Part shown: positions 24,497 through 36,680 of the stretch, in pieces | How positions within the stretch are numbered: position 1 is the first letter of the stretch | How the letters are laid out: the number at the start of each line of letters is the position of its first letter | Source: Phoronis australis | Lineage: Eukaryota; Animalia; Phoronida | Length of the DNA: 64,000 nucleotides | Direction of reading: 5' to 3' | Assembly (NCBI GenBank): GCA_002633005.1 | Contig: NMRA01000431.1 | Span: 273,708-337,707 of the forward strand | Notes under the pieces: model-generated | What the model saw: the letters and a program-made list of their open reading frames with translations, nothing else | Told to the model about the DNA's origin: nothing | Databases searched by the model: none | Program-made: the position numbers and the translations under genes

Positions 24497-24672
24497 CTCG
24501 CATCTTCAGTTTTGGTACAAAGTCCTTCCAAAATGAACAATACTCGTGTCTGTAACCATAGCCGTGTGGCTTGTCGGGTTTTTCCAGGACTACATACTCT
24601 CTCTTCTCCGCTGAATATTTAGGCCAGGCTGGGGCCCCCGTTTGATACTCATTCTCATTGTGGTTGGGATCG
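24497..24672 (-). CDS. ACHE: Acetylcholinesterase coding exon 2
   Basis: Splicing restores AKTG|DPN. WPKY...EY...C-x-FW cholinesterase C-terminal motifs. Acceptor CTTACAG, donor GAG/GTTTGT. Confidence 0.93.
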
Positions 24673-24943
24673 CTGTAAGAGTACCGGAGATGTAGCACAA
24701 CTTTACTCATAATGGCACATTGCTACTTTCGATGGTGACCACAATACAGTATTGATTTCTGTTCTCTATTGATAAGGTAGCCAGTAAGTTAGTATACTAC
24801 GCTCTTTTCTGACCAATATAATCAGTGCAGTTCATGTAGACTCCAGGGACCCCTAGTGTGTATTTTGTTCTCACTATGCAGTTTTTAGTGGATTTGCATT
24901 AGATCTGCAGACAAATGCTGACACAGTATATTATTCTACTCAC

Positions 24944-26457
24944 CCAGTTTTGGCAAAGTTTCCCCAGTACCGCATCATCTCCATACTCAATTCCATTTCT
25001 TCCTTGGTGTACTCTCTGCTGTCATTCAATGGCCAGCCAAACAGAAACTCTAGTTCATATCCGTGTAAAACACCCATCCACTTGGGCCAGTGGTTGTTGC
25101 TAGACCTTTGGTTAAAATGATACATATAAACATTTTGTCCCATTTCGGCGAACTTGTGCAGAAAATCGGCTACTGAGCACGTAAAGAGTAGATCACCGGA
25201 CAAGTCGTCAAGAATATCCCTGTAGGACATGTTCAGTACGGTTCGTAATACACTGTTATTGTATTGAAAGACAATTGCATCTTTTATTACTTTATCACGT
25301 TTCCGTTGCAAATATGGGGCCACAATTTTATCTATCGTCGTTGAAAACTCTTCTCCTGACATTGGTATTGGTGTGTCCAACTGATATGGAAATTCGGGCT
25401 TAAGGCCATAAACTAGCCAAAAATATCCTTCGTCCGACACAGCTCCTCCTAATATATCGCATCTCTTTATATTACCCTTTTCAATGGTTTTAGTGGGATG
25501 TTCCGGTAGAAAATATCCGTCTACAACAGCTGAAAATGGTGGATCAAAGTAATCGCTGCTAACGACATTCCACTGTTTATCTGTAATGCTTTTCGCATCT
25601 ACCCGTTGAAGACATTTAATGGTGGCTTCTGACTTAAGGTCGCCACTGCATTGGACTTCTTCCGCCAGCATTTTAGAGCGCTTTAATGCCACTTCGTGGG
25701 TGTGTATGCCCCAATAGGAAGTTGCCGAACCACTCAAGATACTTGCCCTTGTAAACAGGTCTTTACTTTTCGGGGACAGCAGATGGAATCCTATACTCAC
25801 TGCACCAGCACTTTCACCAAATATAGTAATCCGTGCTTTGTCACCACCAAACGATTCAATGTTATTGTGAATCCACTGCATAGACATCTGCTGATCAAGT
25901 AAGCCCATGTTACCTGGTGCAGCACTGTCGTCGCCAGCGTACAAGAAACCAAGCGGACCCACTCTATAATTCATGGATACCACAACCACATCATTCAACG
26001 CTGCCAGATCTCCGCCGTTGTAAACTTCTAGTGTTGACGATCCCGAAAAGAACCCCCCTCCGAATATCCAAACTAATACGGCTTTTTTGGAAGAAGAGCC
26101 GACGTTTGGAGTCCAAATATTTAAATATAAACAATCTTCATTCATCTCCGTATTGGCGTTCCACATATCGACACCTGGGTGACGCTCAAATGACATGTCA
26201 ATCATTTGGAAACAGGAGTTGGGAAGGGTTAATGTAGATTTGACATCATCCCACTTCTTTCGTTCCACTGGTCTTTGAAACCGCAAAGGCCCTGTAGGTG
26301 GCTCTGCAAACGGTATTCCAAGGAATGTGTCGATGGTTTTGTTCAAGAAGGTAGCCTTCTGTCCTCGTACTTTTCCCGATTTTGTTTTAACCACGACATA
26401 TTCTGCATTTATGACGGAAGTCGCTCCAAGAAAGAAGCACAACAACTCCACCAACAT
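24944..26457 (-). CDS. ACHE: Acetylcholinesterase (cholinesterase family) main coding exon
   Basis: Signal peptide; EDCLYLNIW, GGGFFSG oxyanion hole, FGESAG (Ser), DEG (Glu), WMGVLHGYE (His), DMWNAN (W84), KQW (W279). Donor GG/GTGAGT. Confidence 0.96.
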
Positions 26458-26571
26458 CTGAAAAATGCGAAATTAAAAAAAAAACAATAAAACGCTTTAC
26501 CTATAAAGCTGCCCTTAACTACGTACTCGTATAAAAATAACACTTTTGGTAGTAGTCAATGGTCCCTGAGC

Positions 26572-26765
26572 TGTTTTCTGAATACTTTCGTCTTGCAGTT
26601 TCATTTTAACTAGTTCCCTCATTCATAGTAGTACGTTTTGTGAGTACTTTTGCCTTGCAGTTTTATTTAACTTGTTTCTCCACATGTATACGAATACGTT
26701 TTGTGAGTACTTTACCTTGCAGTTTTATTTTAACTTGTTCCCCCTAATTTATACTAGTACGTTTT
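26572..26765. repeat. Diverged tandem repeat, about 62 bp x3, in the intron upstream of the AChE ATG
   Basis: GTTTT(G/C)TGA(G/A)TACTTT..(C)TTGCAGTTT(T/C)ATTT(T)AACT... repeated three times. Confidence 0.85.
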
Positions 26766-27908
26766 AAATGTATAAAAGTTTCTGTGTTTAAGGTTACACA
26801 TTTCCGTGTAACTTGCCAATGAATTTGGTGAAAAACGATAATAAGATTAAAATTAAGAGTTGGTGTACACTTCATCCTTAACGTTTCGTGCATTTTAATA
26901 GGCAAGTTTAACCAAAATTGCACATAACGTTAAACAAATGAAACGAGCAAAATATGTTTACACAGAAGTAAAAAATAAAAAATTACAGTACCACTAAGTC
27001 GTACAATATAAAACTATTGCGAGTACCTGGATCGTTTTGATGTTTTTACGAAACAAGTGACGAGTTTAGTTTTTCAAGCTATTTCAGCTGAACGAGCATG
27101 AAAAGGGATATTTTGTTAACAAAAACATGCTCAAGTAGGAATTGTGAGGCAAATAGTGGGAACATAAGTTGTCACAGGTGGGGTAAGTTGCACTAGTTTA
27201 AATAGCGTTCACACAGCACTCAAACCTAACAACAACCCTTTCCAGTAGTAACTTGCTCTAGGGTAAGTCTGTGTGGACGACACTAAAGAGTAGGACAAAA
27301 GTTGTCCTAAATTCTGGATTACTTTTCTCGTTGACTTTTGGTAGAGATACAAACCCAAATCACAACCAGGACACATCACAAAGCCATAGGAAGGCGCTAA
27401 TTCAACACACAAATACACATTCTGACCCACTCGTCCGCCAACAATTTCCTGGCCCCTGGCCTGCAATAGCTCTTCTCCGTGTTTAAAGTAGGAAATCATT
27501 TACCAAACCACTTTAGTTTTGAAACAATTTAGTTGAGCCCCATGAAAATATAAATAATATGGAACACAGTGTTATGTTATTCCGTGTCCGCAGACACATG
27601 CGAGAGGTCAAACATTGAATATTGGTCAACATTTAACAGATTATTGGAATGTTTGGTCTATTGCAATGTTCCAATATTCCAATAGTATACAAAGATGATG
27701 TAAAAATTGCTTGAAAAGTTGAGTTTTGTGAAGTTAATGACGTGTTGGCACCTTTCACTTGTTCACACAGGTGGTGTTGTTCATGTCAAAATCTGTTCTT
27801 TAAAAGTTATTTTGATAACGAATTGTGTTTTAGAAGTGACCGGGTAAGTAAAATATACACCAAAATAACTGTCTGTGGTTTGATAAAGGCTAATGCAGTT
27901 CCATTTAA

Positions 27909-29565
27909 AGGAGCATGCCACCCAAAAAACAACCTAATTTGTATCAATTTAGATCGAGTAGTTCTACTCCATAACGACACGTACGGTTGCGTTATCTGAC
28001 TCCTGACGACAGACGGAGGTGTTGAAATTATCCAATGACGTCATCGGTTTCACACGCAGTCTGTTCAGCAGTTCACAACACGGGTTACTGGTGTCAGCTT
28101 ATCGCTTAAAGTCATCGTTTAACACCAATAAATCATCAACCTTCGATGTAACACCCTTAAAAATACACCGAGTTCTTATAAAAACGTGTTGTTTTATTTT
28201 GCTCTTACGGATTTATTGGTATTTGGACACACCATAGCCTACAAAGTTCGGCAGGCCAATAAGGTCCGTAATCACTAGTAGCAGGAGTTTGGGGTCTGTT
28301 CGGAGATAATTTTCAAGTATTTTCCTTGAGATACAGACAGGAGAACCTAGATCTGTGTTGTTTAGACTTGCGATTTTTTGAGTTCTAAACACAAAGCGCT
28401 TGTTAGCTTGCCCAGTGGCTCGGATCCCGATCATGCCCGTCGCGGCCGGCCAGTCAGTCGGAAACTGATCAGACATCACGAACATAAACCAGCCAAAGTT
28501 CAGTGGAAACTAAACTTCCAGCCATGAAAATACTGTACTAGTGAGCCAAGGTAATGTGCATCTGATTATGTTGGTGAATTAGCCACGAAACTGCAAATCT
28601 ATTTACTCGTCGGGGGCCGCGAATTGAGTTCCGCAGTTGGCCACAGCACCGTCAGGGCAGAAATTGTACATTGACAATCATTATTTGAGTAAAGTAAATG
28701 TAAATAAAGATTCCCCTAACACCTGGCCGTGGGATGGAAATCGAGTTGTTTCACAACAGTTTCTGTCAGCAAACACGAAATTAGCATGAGCTCACACGGC
28801 CTAGGTGTCCCGTCAATTAGTTTTATTGCACCTAAAGCCGGGTAACGCAGTGATTTATTCATTGTTGGCTTTTCAAATCCTTTGCACTCACGAACACTCC
28901 AAAGGCTTTACAAATTGCATCTGATGAGACAGACGTTGTTTAAGTATTGATTAGGGTGAGAATAATACATTTTGAAACAGAACGCTCAGTAATAAACGCC
29001 AACATGGCAACTCGCAATCCCGACTTAGGACGAGCTAGAGCTCATCAGTCCCGACTTCGCAAGTGGATCGTTAAGATTTACAGGCTATGAATTCGAACAG
29101 GAAAACAGTGATGAAGAAATACTAGACAAGCGCCGTGAACAAGCTCAGACAACGGAACGCATGGAGTTATTTGGTAAGCCGGCATTCGTCAGGCACTGCG
29201 ACGTCTCCAGACCACAGACACGGAGATGTTTCACGGCCTCATACTTGCTATTTACAGCGTACATTTCATTCTTCACTCCCATGAGCCACTTCCTAAGCAT
29301 TTCGGACTCTCGAGGAAGTAAAAAAAAAACGATACACCCGCTTTCCTCGCAGCTGCTTAGTTCAGACAAGCGGATATTATGCACCGCAACACAGCGGCAT
29401 TCACTCTGCATATGAACCACTGACGTCGCTAGCGTCGTTTCTCACCTTCCTCATAGGTTAACGCGACACCTCTTGGCAAGGTAAGGTCGACCATATGCGA
29501 GGCGATGTGGATATAGACCGATTGAGACGGCAAAAAAGACTAATTAAATCGGATGGCATTCTCCT
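27909..29565. mobile_element. Non-autonomous Kolobok-type DNA transposon, copy 2
   Basis: TTAA at 27905-27908 and 29566-29569. TIR AGGAGCATGCCACCC / GGATGGCATTCTCCT. THAP remnant in ORF 29145..29420 (FFLLPRE..LRKWL...KHLRVC). Confidence 0.85.
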
Positions 29566-29625
29566 TTAATAGCGTTGGTTTCATACATAGAGAATCCTAT
29601 ACGAGTCTCAGGTTTATGACATGGG

Positions 29626-29699
29626 CAAAACCTCATGGAAATTTCGTCAAAATCCCGAGACTTGCCGAGGGATTTTGACGAAATTTCAAAGAGGTTTTG
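29626..29699. repeat. Hairpin, probable end of a palindrome-tipped element
   Basis: CAAAACCTCATGGAAATTTCGTCAAAATCCCGAG-acttgc-CGAGGGATTTTGACGAAATTTCAAAGAGGTTTTG. Confidence 0.8.
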
Positions 29700-30309
29700 T
29701 TTTCTCACATGAACCGTAAAAACGATGGTTTATGCTGAAAAACTCGACGTGTCTAAAACTTTCAACCACACCACGTAACTTTTGTAAAAACACGCTTGCC
29801 CAATGTAAAGTATTTCAGTTACTTTTCGTTAATAGTTTTATTTTAAGCTTAACAATTGTAAATTGCATTCATGTTTCGTAGCAAATATTCAAGTTAGAAT
29901 CTAATAAATAGTCTTCGAAGTTGTAATATTAAAACTTAAAAAATGTTTATAAATAATAGTCAGCAAAGCGCGTGAGCACTGAATTGACCTTGAGACAGCA
30001 CAGCTAGGCAGTTTCGCCGCGTTTCTTCAGTTGGGGCTCGTCTCCGTTTGAATGAATGTGGATATGGAAGTTGTTTGCATGTCCTTACGACTGGGAGTAC
30101 GTACAGTTGCGACTTTCGATTTGTCAATCATAACCTTGTCACCTTCTCGGAACTCCGGCATTGTTTGGTTGGCGCGCGTTTGGTTGTTTTAGTGTTTTGC
30201 AGACGATAAAATGTAAGGCGTGTGGATTTTTACTTTGCACTACTTTGTGATTTGCCCATGTAACATCAAAAAAATTACGTACTCGGTTGTTAACCAGTCG
30301 TGTCGTAAC

Positions 30310-30581
30310 CAGTGTCGGATTTGGGGGAGGGGGGGGTAAGGGGGCCATAGCCCCCCTAAAATTCNGCGCTCACCCAGGGGGTTCGGGGGGGGGGGGCAAT
30401 GCACAATGCACAAGCCTTGAACAAACCCGTTCACCGTTTTTTTTTAGTAATAAGGACCACAAACCCTAAAATTCGAGACCCCCGCATCCCTACATTTTAG
30501 GCTGGGCGCGGGCATGTGGCGAAATTCTGGTTATTCCTGTGCCATGGTCCCCCCTAACTCAAAATCATGGATCCGCATCTG
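30310..30581. mobile_element. MITE with 5-bp TSD GTAAC (hAT5-like)
   Basis: CAGTGTCGGATTTGG...CATGGATCCGCATCTG; GTAAC at 30305-30309 and 30582-30586. Same family as 9558, opposite orientation. Confidence 0.75.
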
Positions 30582-31680
30582 GTAACACATTCCAGGTCAT
30601 GTGAGAGGAATACCTAAGCCACTTTAGAAGTCATATCAAACAATCAACATTCATCACGTTATGCACATGCTGATACAAATTGGAATTGTTGCGGAAAACA
30701 ATAAATATGTCATACGTGAAGGCAGTCCTCTTTCCTGTTGTGTCCGTTTACCCAGTATTTTATGTTATTCAGATTTATTATTGAATGTGGTTTTCAGTAA
30801 CTCGGACCAAAAACAATGCAGTTGAGGTTACGCTGCTCACATACAGGTTCAAGACGCTCTTTGGAATTCATTTTTATTAAAACTAATACAAAAGAATTTT
30901 AGCGCAAACCAGTTTTATTTAAACATATTCTCAAATGATGCCCTTTCAGCATATCATTTTTTTAAATATACAAAGCATGTAATACCGACTTTGCTAATTT
31001 TGGGCTACCCATGACTACTTAAATGTTCAGCAAATTTTGTTATTTTTCCACACTCCTCCGTGGAAACACGGCGAAAAATGCTCTGGTGCATATGTTTTGC
31101 ATGGAAACACGCTTTTTCACGATCAGATTTATGATCTACGATTTTAACAACTTGGACTTGACTGTTTCAGCTATACTTTTAAGTATAAGAGCAAAAGATT
31201 TCTTACTCTAGTACCCGCGTAGATATACAATCAGCATCTCTCCAGGGGTTCTAGAAATGGATTTCTCATTGTATGATTGGTTAAATTAGAACGCAGATCC
31301 AGAGGCATTCCTGACCAGGTTTAAACCTATGTCCTGGTGATAAAAAGTGTGACTTTTTCAGAAAGTTGTGCCCAGCAGCCAGACCTGATGCAATTAAATT
31401 GGTAACATATGAAACATAAAGCCCAAGGGCAATCAAAACAAGAACAGTCATGTTTTACCCAACTGTCAGTAATTTGACTAGAATTGTGTATTTTTGGAGA
31501 AGTGTTGCGTTTTAAAAGATGGGTCCAGGGAACGCACTTCTGCAATGTACGGGTGCCTTTTTATTTTTTTATGCGCTAATGGCGCAAAGGCACAGTCCAG
31601 GAATATCTTGTGTACCCACTAACTAAAAGGACAATAGTGACAAAGTCTTAAGAACAAGTGTGTCTTCGTGGATTTTCTGA

Positions 31681-31840
31681 TTAAGACCTTTTAGAAAGAA
31701 AACTCTGCTGCCTCAAATGATTAAGACCTTTTAGAAAGAAAACTCTGCTGCCTCAAATGATTAAGACCTTTTAGAAAGAAAACTCTGCTGCCTCAAATGA
31801 TTAAGACCTTTTAGAAAGAAAACTCTGCTGCCTCAAATGA
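31681..31840. repeat. Perfect 40-bp tandem repeat x4
   Basis: TTAAGACCTTTTAGAAAGAAAACTCTGCTGCCTCAAATGA, four identical copies. Confidence 0.97.
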
Positions 31841-34770
31841 TTAATTCAACATTTCCCGAAGAAGGTCTGTTACTTCAGTGTTCGAGAAACCAGTGTTACC
31901 ATGACAGGACAGTGACTACCTCTCATGAGAAATTGTTAAATAGTGTAAGTGTATGAGTGGACTCTTCTCTCAGTTGTTGTGGACGGTCAACGGGCGTGAA
32001 CGGCGCCAGAACCATCTGACGCAAAGCCCCGGCTGACAGACCAGAGATTCACGAGACCGATCATTGTAGTGAATGAGCCAACAGAAGTGTTATATTTCTT
32101 CCACGATCTCTGAAGTTATGGCCGACTAACTTGAGAAAACGGAGTGCACAATGTAGTATCGATTTGGTGTTGACAATAAATTTTTACTAGGTGACTTTTG
32201 ACCGAGGAGCGTTGATACAAGTTAAAATATTTAGCTCATAATTTACATCTCGTCACAATCGACTTGCCGGCTTCGCCGTCTTGTATTTGTCCATGTTTAC
32301 TTCAAAACACGTGGCTGAAAGAATTCCGAGATCAGGGACACGTAGACTATTTATGTGCGATTATTGTACTTCGAGTGTTGCGTTCACTTGCATTTACTCT
32401 GTTTAACAGTTTAATCAGGCGTGGATCATTCAGAGCCGAATCACTGTATTTTGTTAAGTCTAACAAACAAAAGAGTCGAGCACGCCGTCTTGAGAATATC
32501 CAGTTCACACACGGCTGTGTATTCACTACTTGCACGAACTGTTCTGTTTAAATTACAATGGTTCTGCTTGTTTGGAGCACGCGCTCTTTCACGTTTGCGT
32601 TGTTCAAATTAATGCTAAAACGAGAAACTGTGTCCTAAACAACAATGCGCAACAATCGTTTTTTGCAGCGCCACCGAAGTGTGCAAGTAGTAATAACATG
32701 ATATGATTGTGTCAAAATTTGCATATTCTGTGGATTATCACATCACAGATGTATTACACGTAGATACAGTGGAACTACGACACAGCCATTCAGGCATCTG
32801 CACAAATGTAGGCTTTAGAACTGCTGGGCTAGACAGAATTTCAAATCCAATCATTATTTTAACATTTTCAGTTATTTTCTTACCATAGATAATCTGAAAA
32901 GTCGTAATTCAAATTCAGGCCCATGGGTTCAGTCGAAGTGATGAATCTTCGGCCGGAGTCACCGCCCTCGGAGAAGTGAATCTTAGGAGTAATGCCTGTC
33001 TGTATAACGGTGGTTGCTTAGTCATACTTGGGCCAAAAGCGTGCAGTAGTGGACTTGTGCGCTCGTGATGGCGCGCTCGAGTGATAGGGGTAGTTTTCCG
33101 ACATACCGTCTACACGTCACCAAGTTAACTGTGACATTACAGGATGTGCGCGAGCCGACGACCGTCCCACGATGCATTTGAAAAACGACAGTCGCCGTTA
33201 ATTGAGGAAGTTTTGCTTAGATTGAATTCCCAAACTGGTCAAATTTTAATGCAGGGATCAAAACGTGGGCCCTGGGGTCTCCCGAGTGTACTCTATGATG
33301 CGAGACAGGCTATTTGTGATGTGATTGTTTCTTCATGTAACTGAGTTAGTCCTGTATTACCCGTCTCCGAGGTCCCTACTTTTTGCTTATTCCATCTATT
33401 GGCGTGCGAAGGTACGACGTTGTCAAAAGTACATATGTCGACTTTGGTTGGTTATCTACACAACGGTCGTTTTTATCAAAGCAGTTGCTTTTACTAGAGT
33501 GACGCTCTTATAATGAAGTGCGTCCATTGCTGTGATTATGGGTGGCAATACCGGACGTCAGCGATAACTCTTGCATTCATACAATATATAATTTTCACAA
33601 ATATGGTCAATGGAGCTCACCTAGAATGTCCCGACATCCACCGGTATATTCAGGGGTGGCACTATGGCAACAGCCATTTTCCGATAAAGCCGTGACATTG
33701 AATACTTCTTGTCGCTAGATGGCGATCGAGTAGTTAGTGCACAGTGTTCTTGAACGGAGATTTAATCCAAGGGGATTTCTCAACGTTTTTTTTTAAATAA
33801 ACCACCTTACGTGGAGAAAGTAGATACCGGATTAACCAGCTCAACATGGGAACCATCAGCAGTGTGACTCTTTCTTGGCTGCTGCAGAGAAGGACTGAGC
33901 ACCTGTGGACCTGTCCAATGTGCAGTGATGTCTGTCCCTGAGACAATGACAATGACACTTTTTTTAAATAAGTTCATGCGACCATCATGCCTCACATTAC
34001 CACTGTAGTGGGGTCGGACACTCAAATAATGCCCAACGTCTCAAAATGTTCGTGAATGAAAAAAAGAGTATCGTCACAGAATTTAAAGTTGGTTCAAGCG
34101 ACAGTCGTTTTTTATGCTCCCACAACGCTAAAAGTTACATTTCTAACGTTCATTCCTTGCCACGGAGCGGAACCCTTTTCACTCGCAAAGTTACATTTCT
34201 AATACTCGTTCTTTGCCACGGAGCGGAACCCTTTTCACTCTCAATAAAACATTTATCATCTACCGGAACTCAACGATCGATGCACGGAACCTGAACTACA
34301 ACTGCGCACAACAGGGCTTTCAGTCATTATTAAAACATGTGCGTGGTAAGATTCTTGGTGTGGTAAATGAAATTGCTAGGCGGGATATAAGTTGTGTGGA
34401 GAGTTTTCAGAGTCCTATCCTCGCCGTAAGGGTCCGATTACCTCCCCTGATGGCGGCACTCAAAATGAATGAATGGTGAATTCTCTCCTGCAGCACCGAC
34501 GCCGTATATAAAAATTACGTTTGTGCACAATTATTATTGTCAAAAATTTAAGAAGAATAGAAAAGTAATGCAGCTAGCGTATAACTGCATTTGCATGATT
34601 GCCAATTCAAACATACACCAATACCTATAAAAACATACGCAGCATCATGCAATCCAGTAGGCCTATAACAGCGGCACATATTTAGTCAGCAACCGCTGCT
34701 GTCCAGCTTTTAATGAAGTTGCATCAAAATAGCCCATTTCGCATCGCCCCGTTACACGCGCTGTGTTTAC

Positions 34771-34880
34771 CTTTCTTGTGTTTTGTCACTAATGGATGGA
34801 GACCTGGTTGCTGTACATCCACCTGTTCCCGTCTGTCAGCAGTATGTGACGCTATGGAGGTAGCACATCGTTATCCCGCT
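34771..34880 (-). other. Candidate non-coding 5' exon of the AChE gene
   Basis: Acceptor TTTTTCTTGTTACAG and donor AAAG/GTAAAC on the AChE strand. The AChE ATG directly follows an acceptor, so upstream exons are expected. Confidence 0.35.
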
Positions 34881-36516
34881 CTGTAACAAGAAAAATGACA
34901 GTATATGTATATCTATATATATATACATAAATGTAACTGGCACAGCTAATTGAATAGTACCAGCGAAATACCTCTTGTCATATCGCATTACAAGTAAAAT
35001 AACATTAGTTTAGATTGACGTACAGACCCGCCTATTCTAAGGTTTGACGTTGGGGGTCCGTTGGCTATTCGATTATCAGTTACAAATAAACACGGTCATC
35101 TAACGTTCTATCTTTTCCGAACAAACTCTGTAATTTAATTGACAAGAGATGATCATTACTTCTTGCTGGTGTTTCTAACACAAATGTTCTGTATGCCGTG
35201 TTGTTTAGAAAACTGGAGGCCCTTGAGCAAACCATTTTCTCTGGTGAGACTGATATCCCCCGGCTATCGCTTTCAAAACTTAACAAATTTGGCTACTTGA
35301 TGTTTATTTGACTTGTCAATCAAAGGATGGTTACCCAAAGAGACTTGTTGTACTTGTTGAAATTACTAATCATAAATATTTTGATAAGGCCACTCTAATG
35401 TAAAGGTTAGTTGTGTACCACACGGCAAGTGAGCCTGCCATGGACATTTAGTTCTCATGAGATGTTATTAAAGATAAATTTACAAAACAGAATTTGAGCT
35501 GCTCTTTTGACGCTCACGATATCCCCTGTTCAAGAAGAGGAAAACAACGCGTGCATTGTTAAAATTATTGGCTACAGATTCATTTAAGGTCGGGTGCGGT
35601 TTCCTAAATTTGCTGTCAAAATAATCACACGTTTATATAACGGTGTGTGGGAGTTGGTTAATAGAAACCCAGGCACTGACACTTGTACCAGGTGTAACAA
35701 TAGGCAAAGTATCAAAAAGCAAACTATAAGTTGCTCATTTTGTTATTGGCTACAATTAATGAGTATTACATTTTTGAATAAAAGATAATTTCACATCTTC
35801 GTAGGAATACATGTATCGATGGAAATTCCGTAACCTACGCGTTCACACTGTCGCAAATCTGGTGACAAGGGTTGTTGTTAGCAATAGAAGCAGACACCCT
35901 CGGTAATGACCAAACATGTTGAAACAAACAAATCAACAAACTGAACACTGAGGTGAAATGCTGTCAGATCAATGAATTTCTTCAAATTTACGCCCAGCCT
36001 TTCGTCGACAAATTAATGCATTACAATTTACTATTCGTCATGCGGTGTTAGCTTCTGGAACGTTTGAATACACGTACTGTTCGGTGCAAACCAGCTGATA
36101 GAAAACTTAACAAATTGTGCATACGCCTCCCCCCAAAAATCGGAATGGTGTTGAATTTCCCACGATGTTTAATGTCAAAATATTTTTGTCTTGTTTGCAT
36201 GGGTTGTTCCTAGCTTTAGCTCAACAAGGTAATAATCAAAAATAAACATTCAAATTGTATTTGAAAAATCAATATCTAGCCTGAAACCGATGTTTGAAAT
36301 CTTTAAATAGGCTGTGGACCCTAGTCATTACTATTTCCCGTTTCGTCACAATTTTTGAGTTGTCCACCATTATGACGCGATTTGGACCCATAAATAGGAA
36401 TAAAATGCAGACACATTACATTTTCGAAATTTTTTACCGGTCTTGGATTTTTCAAGTATCCACGGGGGCAATTTAGTAGTGGATATTTTTACAAAATTAT
36501 GTGTTTGAGATAATCA

Positions 36517-36680
36517 GTGTGGTCGTACAACGGTTGCATTGAATGCTCCCGACGAGTTCATTGTATGCTCCCCGGGAGTTCATAAGGATTGGGATTGACC
36601 AGGTCCATGGCCCGCTAATAATTTTCGAAGTGATTAATAATTGACAGAGCTACGTAAATCTGGCCTAATTATTATCGTAA
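36517..36680 (+). mobile_element. Degenerate SINE 3' half
   Basis: Core-like ATTGTATGCTCCCCGGGAGTT (locally duplicated) and tail GAGCTACGTAAAT...TAATTATTAT resembling invertebrate SINE tails. Recognised from memory only. Confidence 0.4.

Noticed and set aside
25696-26490. Plus-strand ORFs overlapping AChE
   Set aside because: Antisense shadows of the real coding exon.
31681-31840. 40-bp repeats as CRISPR
   Set aside because: Pure tandem copies with no spacers.
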